A DNA stretch of 64,000 nucleotides from an uncultured Spirochaetota bacterium (GCA_963783575.1 CAWAOD010000014.1:448001-512000); one strand, 5' to 3'. Numbered from the stretch's first letter, positions 32,754 through 44,219 are shown. The notes: a model not told the origin generated them from the letters alone. Numbers and translations: made by a program.

Positions 32754-33958
32754 CTATTTTTTCTTTTCTCAAGTTAAGTTTTTTATAAACTTTAAAATAA
32801 ACCCATACCGCATTTATCAGCAACAATGCACTTGTAATAAAAAATACATATCTGATACCCAACTAGGCTGCCACTTGCCCGCCTAAAACCGCACCTCCAA
32901 ATACGCCTAAATACCCTGCCGACATGTTAAAACCAAAAACTCTGCCTGTAAGAGAATCTGGTGTAATTTTCTTAACAAGGGTATTAACAGAAGGAATCAA
33001 CCCTGCCATTGTTAATCCTAATAAAAAGCGAAGCCCCATTAATTGCCAGGGATTTTTTACAAAGGCTTGTGGTATAAAAATGATTCCTGCCACTACAAGT
33101 GCGAGCTAACATAACTTTATGTGCTCCTATTTTATCAGAAAGTTTTCCCCAGTCTTGGAGCGGCAATTATATTTGCCAGTCCTGAGGCTGAGAATGCCAT
33201 TCCGGCTAACAGAGCAACATGACTGGTATTATTGGATAACTGGGTAACATATACTGTTATGATTGGTTCTACAGAATATAATGCCACAGTTAATACAAAA
33301 AAGGTCACAAACATAGTAATAGTCAAGCTTTTTTCAGGAATACTATTCCATATCTCCTTGACACTAAGCGTCTTTTTATCTTCACGGGTAAAAGATTCCT
33401 TTACAAATAATAGCGGTTGTAATAAATGCAATCAACAGCAAGTGCACCTGTTATGAAAAATACATTTTGTAAACCAAGGTTCTCTCCTATAAAACCGCCA
33501 ATCATTGGTCCTAGCAAAGAACCTGCAATATTTGCTGTTGAAAGTGTTCCTAAAGCCCATCCAGCGTGTTCCTTATCCGTCTGAGTAGCAATCAATGTAG
33601 TACAGGCTGTACTATAACCTGTTATAGCCCCTGCAATAATCTTAATCCTATCAGTACATATACATTTTGTGCAAAACCCATGCTAAATACAACCAACGCC
33701 ATACCAAGGCTTGCCCGCAAAAGCATTGGTTTTCGTCCATATTTATCAGCGGCATGACCCCAAATTGGTGAAAAAACAGCGGAAATTATATAGGTAATAC
33801 CAAAAGCAATTCCTGAAAATTGTGCAATTAAAGCTGTATTATTAACTCCAAGATGCTTTATATAAAGCGGTAATACCGGAGCAATCTGGCTCATTCCGAT
33901 ACTTGCCGTACAAAATTCCAAACCAGCAAACGAATAGATTTTCTTTCCAAATGGGCAT
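32754..33958 (-). pseudogene. Fragmented MFS multidrug efflux transporter (DHA1-like)
   Basis: Motif A WGHAADKYGRK, GSLLGPMIGG spread over at least 5 frames plus an in-frame TAG at 32863-32865. Confidence 0.8.
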
Positions 33959-34028
33959 GAATATAAACCTCTCTTCTTTTATAACTCTATTTTTATATAA
34001 TTTTTTACTAATTTTTAAATTGCTTTAG

Positions 34029-35735
34029 CCTAAACTGAGCGATTCTTAACTATCCATAAAAATAAAACCATGCTAAAATAAAATGGGGTAAGGAAATGGT
34101 TACAGCCATCCTTACCCCGGAATAACACCCATTGGGTGCAAAAGCAGGTAAATTATGACTGAAAAAAATAAAAATCGCAAAATTCAGGGAAATGAGATTC
34201 AAAAAATCGGCATAACGAAAGATTGTCTTACCAGCCGCGGCGGGCTTACGTTTGTCCTGAGATATCTCAAGAATATTAAAGTTATTCCCCTGATCAGCGA
34301 AGTATTTCAGGGAATTCGCAAGAGCCGCAAAGGTAAAGATATAGAAAAAATTATTTCTCAATTGATGCTGTTTTTCATAGATGGAAGCAAATTTACCATG
34401 ACCCGGTTTGATGAATTGGCAAATGATATCGGGCACAGAAAGGCCATTGAATGCAGCAAAGACAATATGTGCTCATCCCATGTGATAAAGAGATTTTTTC
34501 AGTGGTAAAAAAGACAATGTTTAAAGAGCTTCAAAAGATTCTAATTAAGCTTTTTGTCTGGCGTCTCAAGATAAAGAACCCGAAAGTTATTATTCTCGGA
34601 CTTGATACGATGGTACTGAATAATGATGACGCTAAAAAGCGAAACGGCGTGACTTATACCTACAAAAAGGTTAACGGGTATCATCCGCTGCATATGTATT
34701 GGAATGGTTTTATCGTGAACCTGGCGTTCCACGAAGGAAGCGAATCCCCGAATCACGGTGACGATCTGTTTACAATGCTGGAAGAAACAGTGAAGGAAAT
34801 CCGGAAATGCTATGACAAAGAGGTGCCGATTATCGTTGTGTCTGATAGCGGGTTTTTTGACCAAAAGTATTTTAAGAAGCTGGAAGACCTGAAACTGTTC
34901 TTTATATGCGGCGGGAGAATACTGGATTCAATCAAACTCGATTTGATGAAGCGATTGCCGGAAGAATGGAGAAGGTTTGAGAAAAAAGGAGATGTAATTG
35001 AATACCTGGACTTTCGGGACAGACGGGATACTGGGAAAAGGGATACCGTGCCATTTATACCAAATATGAATGTGAAGACGGGGTTTTCAGATTAGCGTTC
35101 GACAGGCCTGAAAATATTATTTATACAAATCTTGAAGAAGCGGAAGTATTGAAAGAAAAGGGGCTTGTGAAATATATGACGGCAGAGGAAATAGTGAGGC
35201 TCTATCATCTGAGGGCAAAAGATGAACTGGTGAACCGTGGAATAAAAGAATTCGTGGATGAAACACTGCCGTTTAAGAGTTTTGTATCAAACGGTGTATA
35301 TTATTTTTTATCGATAATAGCGTATAATCTGCTGTCGGCTTATCAGGCGGATATGGATATACCGGAAATACCAGTGGAAAGTTATCCGGATACGGTCAGG
35401 CGAATATTTATTGATATTGCGGGAAAGATTGTTAAAACAGGCGGGCGGGCTATTTTAAAATTCAGGGAAGAAGTAGTTGACAGGTTTAAATTGTTAGATT
35501 TGTGGGAGAAATGCGGAACGGTTACCCCGATTTAAAGATGCGCTCTGTTTTCATGGATTAATAAGGGGGTATTGCGCCAAAAATTGAAAATATCTCAGAG
35601 ATTGATGATTTTAGTGCTTTCAAACGCATAAATTCGGCAAATTAACCGGTGACAAAAAAATATATCCAAATTTTTATAAATTTTGGCTTTTATAAACCTG
35701 TTTTTGGTATTTATTAAAAAATCGCTCAGTTTGGG
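34029..35735 (+). mobile_element. IS1380-family insertion sequence with 5-bp target-site duplication TTTAG
   Basis: IRs CCTAAACTGAGCGATT / reverse complement CCCAAACTGAGCGATT; TTTAG at 34024-34028 and 35736-35740. Confidence 0.9.
34155..35535 (+). pseudogene. IS1380-family transposase, frameshifted into three ORFs
   Basis: LTSRGGL, LDTMVLNNDDA, TYKKVNGYHPL, DSGFFDQ, YHLRAKDE. Confidence 0.8.
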
Positions 35736-35832
35736 TTTAGTACAATTCAATAAATATGGAATCAAAATTGTAAATTAATTATTCATAAATTATAATAAAA
35801 CCGGTATTTGTAATTTATTTCAGGAGCGGCTT

Positions 35833-36021
35833 ATGCATTTCGGTGAATTTTTAATTGAAAAAAATTATATTACTCAGCAAAAGCTGGATTATGCATTAAA
35901 AGCACAGTGTTTGCTGGATAAAGCAAACAGCAGTATACCGATCGGCGAACTGGTTCATGAATTGGGAATGCTGTCAAAAAAGGATCTTGAAGCCGCACTT
36001 AAAGAATTTCATAATTTCTGA
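35833..36021 (+). CDS. Stand-alone MshEN-like small protein
   Basis: Tandem FGEFLIEKNYITQQKLDYALKAQ / IGELVHELGMLSKKDLEAAL motifs; AGGAG RBS. Confidence 0.6.
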   Translation: MHFGEFLIEKNYITQQKLDYALKAQCLLDKANSSIPIGELVHELGMLSKKDLEAALKEFHNF

Positions 36022-36470
36022 TATTCTTTTTCAATTGCCCTGATCTTTTCAAGTCTTCTTATATGACGGACTGCCTTAGAAAAACTGGCTTTTAAAAATA
36101 TTAATGAAATTTCTTTCGCCAGTTCGGTTCCGATTATTCTCGCTCCCAGGCAAAGTACATTCATATCATCGTCTTCCACACCCTGATGCGCAGAAAAAGA
36201 ATCATGGCAAACAGCGGCCCTTATCCCTGGGAATTTATTCGCCGCGACGCAGGCACCGACGCCGCTGCCGCATATCAGGATGCCTCTTAAAGCTTCACCA
36301 TTTAAAACAGCTTCCGCTACCGCTCTCGAAAAATCGGGATAATCGGCCGGTTCCTCATTGTTCGTGCCTTTATCGATTATTTCATAACCCTGTTCCAATA
36401 AAAACCCGGTCATTACTGTCTTTAATTTAAAACCGCTATGGTCGGAACCGATTGCTACTTTCATATTCAC
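36009..36470 (-). CDS. rpiB: Ribose-5-phosphate isomerase B
   Basis: IGSDHSG, DYPD, CGSGVG, ANKFPGIRAA, NVLCLGAR. Confidence 0.93.
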   Translation of the reverse strand: MNMKVAIGSDHSGFKLKTVMTGFLLEQGYEIIDKGTNNEEPADYPDFSRAVAEAVLNGEALRGILICGSGVGACVAANKFPGIRAAVCHDSFSAHQGVEDDDMNVLCLGARIIGTELAKEISLIFLKASFSKAVRHIRRLEKIRAIEKEYQKL

Positions 36471-36552
36471 CTCTTTTCGCCTCGGAGATATTTATGTCTT
36501 TTTCTTATATGGGTTGAGCCCTTCGGTAAGCTCAGGACAGGCATCAATCTCA

Positions 36553-37857
36553 TCACTTTTCGCGTTTGTCGATGATCCTTTTCAGTTTCTTTCCCTCTGA
36601 GCGTTTTATGGTTTTTGGTTCTACAAGTGTAACTCTGGTCATAATGCTGAGAGTATCGTCAAGATGCTTTTGAAGTTTAAGCCGGAGGTCTTCTAACTTA
36701 CCGGGTTCGTCAAAGAAAGGATATTTATCCGATGCTTCAACCTGAATTTCAATTGTTTCAGCCCCTTCTTTCCTGTCGAGAATAATCTGGTAATGCGGCT
36801 CTATTCCTTCGATCTGAAGCATTGCTTCTTCAATCTGCGAAGGGAAGATATTGATTCCATCAATTATCATCATGTCGTCATTCCTGCCGCTTAACCTGTT
36901 CATCCTGATAAGTGTTCTCCCGCAGCTGCATTTTCCTTCCATCAGTGAAGATATATCTCCGGTTCTATATCGTATCAGAGGAAAGCCCTGTTTTGTGATG
37001 GTAGTGAAAACCATTTCCCCTTCTTCCCCGAAGGAAAGAGGCTTTAATGTCTTCGGATCAATAATCTCAACAATAAAATGATCTTCATTGATATGCAGAC
37101 CGTTTCTCATTTCGCACTCAAAGGAAACGCCCGGGCCGATAAGTTCAGTCAAACCGTAATTGTCATATGCTTTTATATGAAGGCTTTTCTCTATATTACT
37201 TCTAAGGTTATCGCTCCAGGGTTCGGCACCAAGAAGACCAGTTTTTAAATCGAGCTCCTCGGGATGCATATTCATTTCCTCAATAACTTTAGCTATATGA
37301 AGGGCATAACCAGGTGTACTTATAAGAGCTGTGGTTTTATAATCCTTCATAACCATAATCTGCCTGTTTATATTTTCACTTGAAGAGGGTATAACAGACG
37401 CACCTATCTTTTCTGCACCGTAATGAAAGCCAAGGGCAGCAGAAGCCAGGCTGTAATTAAAAGCAATCTGAACAAAGTCATGCTCGGTTATATCCACAGC
37501 TGTTAACACTCTTGCAATGAGCGATGTCCATATCTGTAAATCGTTCCTTGTATAGCCGACAACTATCGGCTTGCCTGTTGTTCCCGAAGTTGAATGTATC
37601 CTGACTATATCTTTCAGTGGAACGGCGAACATATCATAAGGATAGCTTTTCCGCAGGTCCTCCTTTGTTGTAAAAGGAAGGTTTTGAATATCCTTAACGG
37701 ACTTTATATTTTCAATATTTATATTATTTCTGTCAAAAGAATTTCTGTAAAATGAGACATTCTGGTAAACCCTGTTCAAAGTTGTCTGAAGCCTTTCAAC
37801 CTGGAGCTGTTCAAGGTCTTCCCTGCCCTGGCATTCATTGGTTTTATCATAAATCAT
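36553..37857 (-). CDS. paaK: Phenylacetate--CoA ligase family protein
   Basis: LPFTTKEDLR, HSTSGTTGKP, YGLTE, PLIRYRTGD; start moved to MIYDK behind AGGAGG. Confidence 0.88.
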   Translation of the reverse strand: MIYDKTNECQGREDLEQLQVERLQTTLNRVYQNVSFYRNSFDRNNINIENIKSVKDIQNLPFTTKEDLRKSYPYDMFAVPLKDIVRIHSTSGTTGKPIVVGYTRNDLQIWTSLIARVLTAVDITEHDFVQIAFNYSLASAALGFHYGAEKIGASVIPSSSENINRQIMVMKDYKTTALISTPGYALHIAKVIEEMNMHPEELDLKTGLLGAEPWSDNLRSNIEKSLHIKAYDNYGLTELIGPGVSFECEMRNGLHINEDHFIVEIIDPKTLKPLSFGEEGEMVFTTITKQGFPLIRYRTGDISSLMEGKCSCGRTLIRMNRLSGRNDDMMIIDGINIFPSQIEEAMLQIEGIEPHYQIILDRKEGAETIEIQVEASDKYPFFDEPGKLEDLRLKLQKHLDDTLSIMTRVTLVEPKTIKRSEGKKLKRIIDKREK

Positions 37858-38005
37858 ACTATCCCTCCTGCAACATGATGTTGCCAAGCGTGCCGCTTGA
37901 TCTATATTATATCAACAGTAACGCAATATTATATATAAATAAATTTTACCTCGTTATGTAGAGCATTATAAAGATCAAACATCATGTTTGCAAATGGCAC
38001 GCCTG

Positions 38006-38749
38006 TTATTCCGCGATTGACTTATATTCTTTTCCAAGGTAAGCCCTCTGAACATCATGGTTATTCAGAAGCTCCTCGTTTGAACCTTCCAGAATAAGGC
38101 TTCCTGTTTCCATAACATATCCCCTGTTTGCGATCTTTAAAATCGCCTTGGCGTTCTGCTCCACAACAAGAATGGTCTTGCCTTTGTCCCTGAGCTTTTC
38201 AATAACCCGGAAAATGTCTCTAATAACAAGCGGAGCCAGGCCCATTGAAGGTTCGTCCATCATAATCAAATCAGGACGGGACATAAGAGACCGTCCTATC
38301 GCCAGCATCTGCTGTTCACCACCGGACAAAGTGCCTGCAAGCTGTTTTTCCCTTTCCATAAGCCTGGGAAATAAAGAATAAACATTTTTAAGTTCATCTT
38401 TAATTTTATCCTGTTCCCTTTTAGTATTCAATATATAACTGCCAAGTATAAGGTTTTCTTTGACTGTCATAGAAGCAAACAATTTTCTCCCTTCAGGTAT
38501 CAAAGAACATCCCATCTCAACAATCTTTTCTATAGATGTCCTGGATATTTCTTTATCCTTAAAAAATATGCCGCCGGCAAAAGGCTTTATCAAGCCGGCC
38601 AGTGTATTGAGTAATGTAGATTTCCCGGCTCCATTAGCGCCGATTATAGCGACAATTTCCCCTTCCCTGATGTGGATAGAAATTCCCTTGAGTATGCGCA
38701 GGTCTCCGTATCCGGATTCCAGGTTTCTTACTTTAAGCATTCTCATCAC
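38006..38749 (-). CDS. livF: Branched-chain amino acid-type ABC transporter ATPase
   Basis: GANGAGKST, LSGGEQQMLAIGR, DEPSMGLAP. Confidence 0.92.
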   Translation of the reverse strand: MMRMLKVRNLESGYGDLRILKGISIHIREGEIVAIIGANGAGKSTLLNTLAGLIKPFAGGIFFKDKEISRTSIEKIVEMGCSLIPEGRKLFASMTVKENLILGSYILNTKREQDKIKDELKNVYSLFPRLMEREKQLAGTLSGGEQQMLAIGRSLMSRPDLIMMDEPSMGLAPLVIRDIFRVIEKLRDKGKTILVVEQNAKAILKIANRGYVMETGSLILEGSNEELLNNHDVQRAYLGKEYKSIAE

Positions 38750-39518
38750 CCAGATATATATTGATTACTTCCCTGTTTTTCTGAATATCGGCCGGTTTTC
38801 CCTCGGCTATTTTAATCCCAAAATTCAATACGACAATTTCATCCGAGATATCCATAACAAGCGACATATCATGCTCGACAATTAAAATCGTAATCCCTTT
38901 CTCCCTAATGCCGGCAATGATTTTTGCAAGCTTTTTGGTTTCGTATATATTCAGTCCAGATGCCGGCTCGTCAAGAAGGAGGAGCGAGGGTTCGCAGGCC
39001 AGGGCTCTTGCAAACTCAACCGATCTCTGTATTCCAAAAGGAAGGCTCCCTGCTTCCTTATCCAAATATTCCGAAATTCCAAGCATCTCTATTACGGTCA
39101 TTGCACTTTCACGTATTGATTTTTCCTCTTTCCAGGATCCGGGAAGATTGAGCATTCCCGAAAAGAATCCGGTCCTGCTTCGAATATGCCTGCCGATCAT
39201 TACATTCTCAAGTACAGTCATGTTCCTTGACAATTTTACGGTTTGGAAAGTACGAATGATTCGCTTTCCTGCAATTTGATATGGTTTTAATCCGGTAATA
39301 TTCTCATTTTGAAAGTTTATCCTGCCGTTAGACAATGGAAGACTGCCGGAAATAAGATTGAACAAAGTTGTTTTACCCGCCCCGTTCGGGCCTATTATTG
39401 CCTTTATTTTTCCCTTTTCTACTGAAAAACTGACACGGTTTACAGCATGAAGTCCGCCAAAATATTTGTCAATATCTAGTAATTCAAGAAACTGCATTTT
39501 TTTTACTCTTAATTTCAA
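38733..39518 (-). CDS. livG: Branched-chain amino acid-type ABC transporter ATPase
   Basis: FGGLHAV, GPNGAGKTT, DEPASGL, VEHDM. Confidence 0.92.
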   Translation of the reverse strand: MKLRVKKMQFLELLDIDKYFGGLHAVNRVSFSVEKGKIKAIIGPNGAGKTTLFNLISGSLPLSNGRINFQNENITGLKPYQIAGKRIIRTFQTVKLSRNMTVLENVMIGRHIRSRTGFFSGMLNLPGSWKEEKSIRESAMTVIEMLGISEYLDKEAGSLPFGIQRSVEFARALACEPSLLLLDEPASGLNIYETKKLAKIIAGIREKGITILIVEHDMSLVMDISDEIVVLNFGIKIAEGKPADIQKNREVINIYLGDENA

Positions 39519-40572
39519 TATTTTTTTCAGGGCTTAATTTTTTTTGGTATGTTCTTATAAAACCATCTGGGGCAAAGATCATTACAAGAATGAGGATAGC
39601 CCCAAAAACAGCGTCGTCATATGTTCCGAACACTCCTCTCAGCGAGAGAAAATTCAGAATCAATCCCATAACAAGTGTTCCCCACAGATTAGCCATACCT
39701 CCAACTGCAACTATCGAAACATAGCGGATGCTTTTCATGACATTGGCTTCACCCGGACCTATGCTTCCGTTGAAATGGGTCATAAAAATACCAGCCGCTG
39801 CCGAGAAAATGGCTCCAATAACAAAAACATTCAATTTATAACCTGCTGTATTTATCCCCATGGATTCCGCCGCATCTTCGCTCCCGTGAATAGACCTCAA
39901 TGCCCTGCCAACCCTGGAATTAATCAGGTTTGTTAATATGATAAGCCCTATAACTATCACAGCCCAGGCTATTAAGAAATTCAAAATCCTATCAGACCTT
40001 TCCCCGCTAACTTTTATTCCCGGCAAAAGGGTAAAAGCCGGCACATTTGATATACCGTCAGCACCGCCGAATATTTTTGTTCCTCTTACAATTTTTTCAA
40101 TAATAACTCCGAATCCAAGAGTAGCCATTGCAAGATAATGGCCTTTTAATTTGAGAACGGGTATTCCTATTAAAAAAGCGATCACTGCCGTAAATATTAT
40201 TGCTGCAATAAATCCTATCCATGGAGACAGGTAGAGTATTTTCTCGCCGTAAAGATTTTTGCCGGAGATAAAAACACCAATGCCCGTTAATAATTTAATA
40301 AATGGAACATCCCACATCTTTATAAAATTTATTGTTGTTAATAATGCCGAAGTATAACCGCCAATCGCAAAAAAACCAGCCTGTCCCAGAGATATCTGGC
40401 CGGCATACCCCATAAGCAAACATAGTCCCAATGCTACCAAAACATAGTAAGCAGACATAGTCAATTGGGTTAGTAAAAAGTTAATTTTGAATAAAGAGGT
40501 AAGGATAGGCAGAATTATGATAAATACCGCAAGTAGCAATAACGGCTTATATCTTTTAATATTCATCTTCAA
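39484..40572 (-). CDS. livM: Branched-chain amino acid-type ABC transporter permease
   Basis: GYAGQISLGQAGF, LKGHYLAMATLGFG, GRALRSI. Confidence 0.9.
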   Translation of the reverse strand: MKMNIKRYKPLLLLAVFIIILPILTSLFKINFLLTQLTMSAYYVLVALGLCLLMGYAGQISLGQAGFFAIGGYTSALLTTINFIKMWDVPFIKLLTGIGVFISGKNLYGEKILYLSPWIGFIAAIIFTAVIAFLIGIPVLKLKGHYLAMATLGFGVIIEKIVRGTKIFGGADGISNVPAFTLLPGIKVSGERSDRILNFLIAWAVIVIGLIILTNLINSRVGRALRSIHGSEDAAESMGINTAGYKLNVFVIGAIFSAAAGIFMTHFNGSIGPGEANVMKSIRYVSIVAVGGMANLWGTLVMGLILNFLSLRGVFGTYDDAVFGAILILVMIFAPDGFIRTYQKKLSPEKNIEIKSKKNAVS

Positions 40573-41658
40573 AACTCCTTAAGGGAGTTTGCTTCTTTAG
40601 ATCCGAAAATCCCGCTGGGTTTAATAAATAAGATAAGAAGCAGAATACCGATGCTGACTACATCTTTATAAGCTTCAGGGAAAATTATTATTGCATATGA
40701 TTCTATAACTCCCAGCAGCAAACCGGCAAAAACAGCCGCGACACTGTTTCCCAATCCGCCTAAAATTGCGACAGTAAAGCCTTTAATAGCCATTCCGGTA
40801 CCTATGGCATAATGAGTCTGTGTCAATGGAGCGACAACACATCCGGCAAGAGCGCCAATGCCTGCGCTTAAAGCAAAAGACAGGTTAACCATAGACTGGG
40901 GGTTTATGCCGCAAAGGCTTGCACCTTCGCGGTTTGCCGAACATCCCCTCATCGCCTGGCCGATAAGAGTGAATTTAAAAAACAAAGTCAAAAATGTAAC
41001 GATTAATATCGTAATACCTATCACCCATAAAATTTGAGGTGAAAAATGAGACTCCGAGAAAACTTACTGAAGAAACCTCATTCCCTGTAAAATATGGAAC
41101 TGTCCTTACCGATTCTCCCCATATCTGCAGAGCAATTTCGCGTATGATTATAGATAAACCTATAGTGATCACAATCATCTGTAATACATTCGGCTTTTTC
41201 ATTTCCTGAAACATCTTCCTGAAAGTTTTGGAAAAAAACCAGAGGCCATTTATTAGAACCAGAGCCACTACTACCGAAAGTACTAAAACTGTAAAAAAGA
41301 CATAAGAGGAATTTCCGGATTTATGGAATAGGATTGAAACGATTAATATAATCGAACCTGCCGTAATGATATTGATCTGTGTTAGGTTGGACTTGATCAG
41401 ACTTCTTATAAAAATCAATTCAATCAGTGAACCTATGCAGGCGGTTGCTAAAACCGCAATTATTACCGCAAAGATTAAAGCCATATGAGATGCTAATGAA
41501 TAGGCTATCATGCTGCCTAGCATGGCAAATTCGCCCTGAGCAAAATTAATTATACCGGTTGAATTATAAATAATATTAAAACCAATAGCGATAATAGCAT
41601 AAATACTGCCATATGTCAAACCAGAAAAAAAGTACTGGAGCAATAAATCAAAAGACAT
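40569..41658 (-). CDS. livH: Branched-chain amino acid-type ABC transporter permease, 1-nt frameshift near 41045
   Basis: GLTYGSIYAIIAIG, INFAQGE in first ORF; GQAMRG, KGFTVAILGGLG in second; one extra base in the homopolymer run at ~41043-41047. Confidence 0.87.
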
Positions 41659-41681
41659 ATATTCCCCCCATCGTCAATGCT

Positions 41682-41757
41682 TCCCTTCGACCTGTCTGCC
41701 GTCTACCTGCCGGAAACCCCGGCGTAGGCAGGCCAGGCAGGCAAGCTCAGGGCAGGT
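41682..41757. repeat. Nested REP-like palindrome cluster
   Basis: CCCTTCGAC[CTGTCTGCC...CCGG-AAACC-CCGG...CAGGCAGG]CAAGCTCAGGGCAGG; related units at 29657, 31392, 36515, 49745. Confidence 0.7.
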
Positions 41758-41895
41758 TTAGCTCAGTAAGGTGTATCAGGGCAGGCTCCTTTTGTTTCAC
41801 TACAGAATCCGGCGGCAAGCTTCATTAGCCCATATATTGCCGCTGTGACTAAAACTCTGTGTCTCTAAGCCTCAGCGTCAAACTCAGCGCTTTGA

Positions 41896-43050
41896 TTAAT
41901 CCTTATAAATTGCAAATTTACCGTTCTTAATGGTAAGCATTTCCAGAGCGTCAATAGTTAAACCGTTATGGTCTTCTTTAGAAAAATTGAAAATTCCCGC
42001 CGTTCCGGATAAATTTTTAATGTTTTCTATCGCATCGACTATTTTATCTTTGTCCGTGCTTTTTGCTGCTTCAATTGCTGTTTTTAATATTAGAAGCGCA
42101 TCATAAGCATGCCCGCCGAATGTGCTAGGATCTTCATTATACAGTTTCTTATAGTCGCTTGAGTATTTTTTAAGAAGTTTTTTTTGAGGGTTTGAGTCAG
42201 GCAGATCATTCGCAACCAGAAGCCTTCCGCAAGGAAAAATTATCCCTTCCGCCGCTTCGCCCGCAGCCTGAACATATTGGATATTACCGAATCCATGGCT
42301 TAAAAACAAAGGCATTTTCATGTTAAGCTGTCTCATATTCTTGGGTACAATGGATTGGGCAGGTTCGACAGACCAGTTAACAACAGCCTGAATTCCTGCC
42401 GCATTCACTTTTGTCATAAGAGCGGAAAGATCGGTCGCATCCTTATCATATTCTTCGGCTATAACTATTGTAATACCGTTAGCCGCAGCCAACTTATCGA
42501 GATTTGCCTTTCCATCTTTTCCGAAACCTGTATTCGATGTAACCACCCCGATTTTACTTATACCTTTCTTTTTCATTGTTTTATAAACCCATTCAACAAC
42601 CATACTAGTATTTTGAGGAGTTTTAAATACATATTTTGCAAGGGGAGTGACAATTGAATCCGCTGCAGCGCATGAAAGAAGAGGCATCTGTGCCTGCTGG
42701 CATAAGTCTTTAATTGCCATTGTTTCGCCGCTTCCTGACGGTCCGATGATTGCTATGACATTTTCTTCTTCAATAAGTTGTTTTGCAAAAGACAGCGCAT
42801 TTTCGGGTTTGGAACCGGTATCTTTTACAATTAATTCAACTTTCATTCCATTAATACCGCCGTTCTTGTTTATATCATCCACAATCATTCTTGCGGTCTT
42901 ATCCTCAGGAGCACCGAGAAGAGAGTTCGGACCGGTAACAGCGAAAAGCGCTCCGATTTTTATCACGTTGTCCTTTGCCCATGTTAGTGAAATGAAAGAT
43001 ATAATGAGCAGGCTTAAAGCAAGTACTCTGTTAATTTGCCGAATTTTCAT
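41896..43050 (-). CDS. livK: Branched-chain amino acid-type ABC transporter substrate-binding protein
   Basis: Signal peptide, IKIG..FAVTG, INKNGGING, YDAL; start moved to MKIRQ behind AGGAGG. Confidence 0.88.
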   Translation of the reverse strand: MKIRQINRVLALSLLIISFISLTWAKDNVIKIGALFAVTGPNSLLGAPEDKTARMIVDDINKNGGINGMKVELIVKDTGSKPENALSFAKQLIEEENVIAIIGPSGSGETMAIKDLCQQAQMPLLSCAAADSIVTPLAKYVFKTPQNTSMVVEWVYKTMKKKGISKIGVVTSNTGFGKDGKANLDKLAAANGITIVIAEEYDKDATDLSALMTKVNAAGIQAVVNWSVEPAQSIVPKNMRQLNMKMPLFLSHGFGNIQYVQAAGEAAEGIIFPCGRLLVANDLPDSNPQKKLLKKYSSDYKKLYNEDPSTFGGHAYDALLILKTAIEAAKSTDKDKIVDAIENIKNLSGTAGIFNFSKEDHNGLTIDALEMLTIKNGKFAIYKD

Positions 43051-43247
43051 TTTAATCCTCCTATATCCATTATTCAAATTTTAAATACCAACCATATCTA
43101 CCGGTGAGTCGGAAATCATGAAAATAAACTTCGGATATTCTAAAAGGGGGAAAAGAAATTTGCAAAAAAACTGGTGGCTTAAAATAAAATTTGCCTGGTA
43201 AAAATAATTTTATTCTGATATAATAATTAATATTGAATGGAGTTACT

Positions 43248-44117
43248 ATGATATCAAAATCCACTTTAATTCATTTGCGGATTCCATTTTCATATTTTCT
43301 TATGCCTGTTTTTTTTCTTTCGATAAGCCTCTCTGCTAAACTGGATATTTCAAGGACAATCCTGGCCTTTTTTATATTACATTTGTTTTTATATCCAGCC
43401 AGTAATTCTTTCAATTCTTATTATGACAGAGACACCGGAAGCATCGGCGGGTTAAAGCATCCTCCGCAGGTTGAAAAAGATCTTATTTTTGTATCACTAG
43501 TTTTTGATTTGATAGCTGTATTACTCGGGTTTTTAATCGACTGGATATTTGCTCTGGCTGTATTCGCTTACGGTCTCGCTTCAAAGGTTTATAGTTTTGA
43601 TAAAATCAGGCTGAAAAAATACCCGGTAATAAGCTGGCTTGGAACCGGAATAATCCAGGGTGGATTTACTTTCCTGACGGTTTATTATGCCGCTAATGGA
43701 AGAAATTTTGGCAGTCTTTTTAAAACTGAAATCATTATTCCCGCTGTATTATGCAGTGCTTTCCTTCTTGCAAGCTACCCGATGACTCAAATCTATCAGC
43801 ATGATGAAGACGGGCAGCGGGGTGATATTACTATCAGTATCCTTCTCGGTATAAAAGGAACATTTAAATTTACATCATTTTTCTTTGCACTGGTTACAGC
43901 CGGATTTTTTATTTTTTACAATTATTATTTCGGCTTATTATATGCCGTTATGTTTATCATATTCCAAATCCCTGTATTTATCTATTTTATCATATGGATG
44001 GCAAGGACATTCAAAGACAACTCAAAAGCCGATTATACTTCAACAATGCTTTTGAACTTTATGTCCTCAACTTTCATGAATTTATTCTGTTTATTATTCA
44101 TATTTATTAAGAAATAA
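43248..44117 (+). CDS. UbiA-family prenyltransferase
   Basis: NSYYDRD and QHDEDGQRGD Asp-rich motifs, multiple TM segments. Confidence 0.8.
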   Translation: MISKSTLIHLRIPFSYFLMPVFFLSISLSAKLDISRTILAFFILHLFLYPASNSFNSYYDRDTGSIGGLKHPPQVEKDLIFVSLVFDLIAVLLGFLIDWIFALAVFAYGLASKVYSFDKIRLKKYPVISWLGTGIIQGGFTFLTVYYAANGRNFGSLFKTEIIIPAVLCSAFLLASYPMTQIYQHDEDGQRGDITISILLGIKGTFKFTSFFFALVTAGFFIFYNYYFGLLYAVMFIIFQIPVFIYFIIWMARTFKDNSKADYTSTMLLNFMSSTFMNLFCLLFIFIKK

Positions 44118-44219
44118 AATTGACAAAAGAAAAAGTTTATACTATATTTTTATAACTTATCCCTGCGGCAGGTATATGCTTTAAGAATAAACCAGGCTTA
44201 TAAAAAGAAGGAGAAGGAT

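Noticed and set aside
29676..35735. Composite transposon carrying the two MFS genes
   Set aside because: The flanking IS elements belong to different families, and the IS1380 has its own TSD on both sides
37995..38010. sigma54 promoter TGGCACGCCTGTTAT
   Set aside because: -12 TTGC element missing and it points antisense into livF
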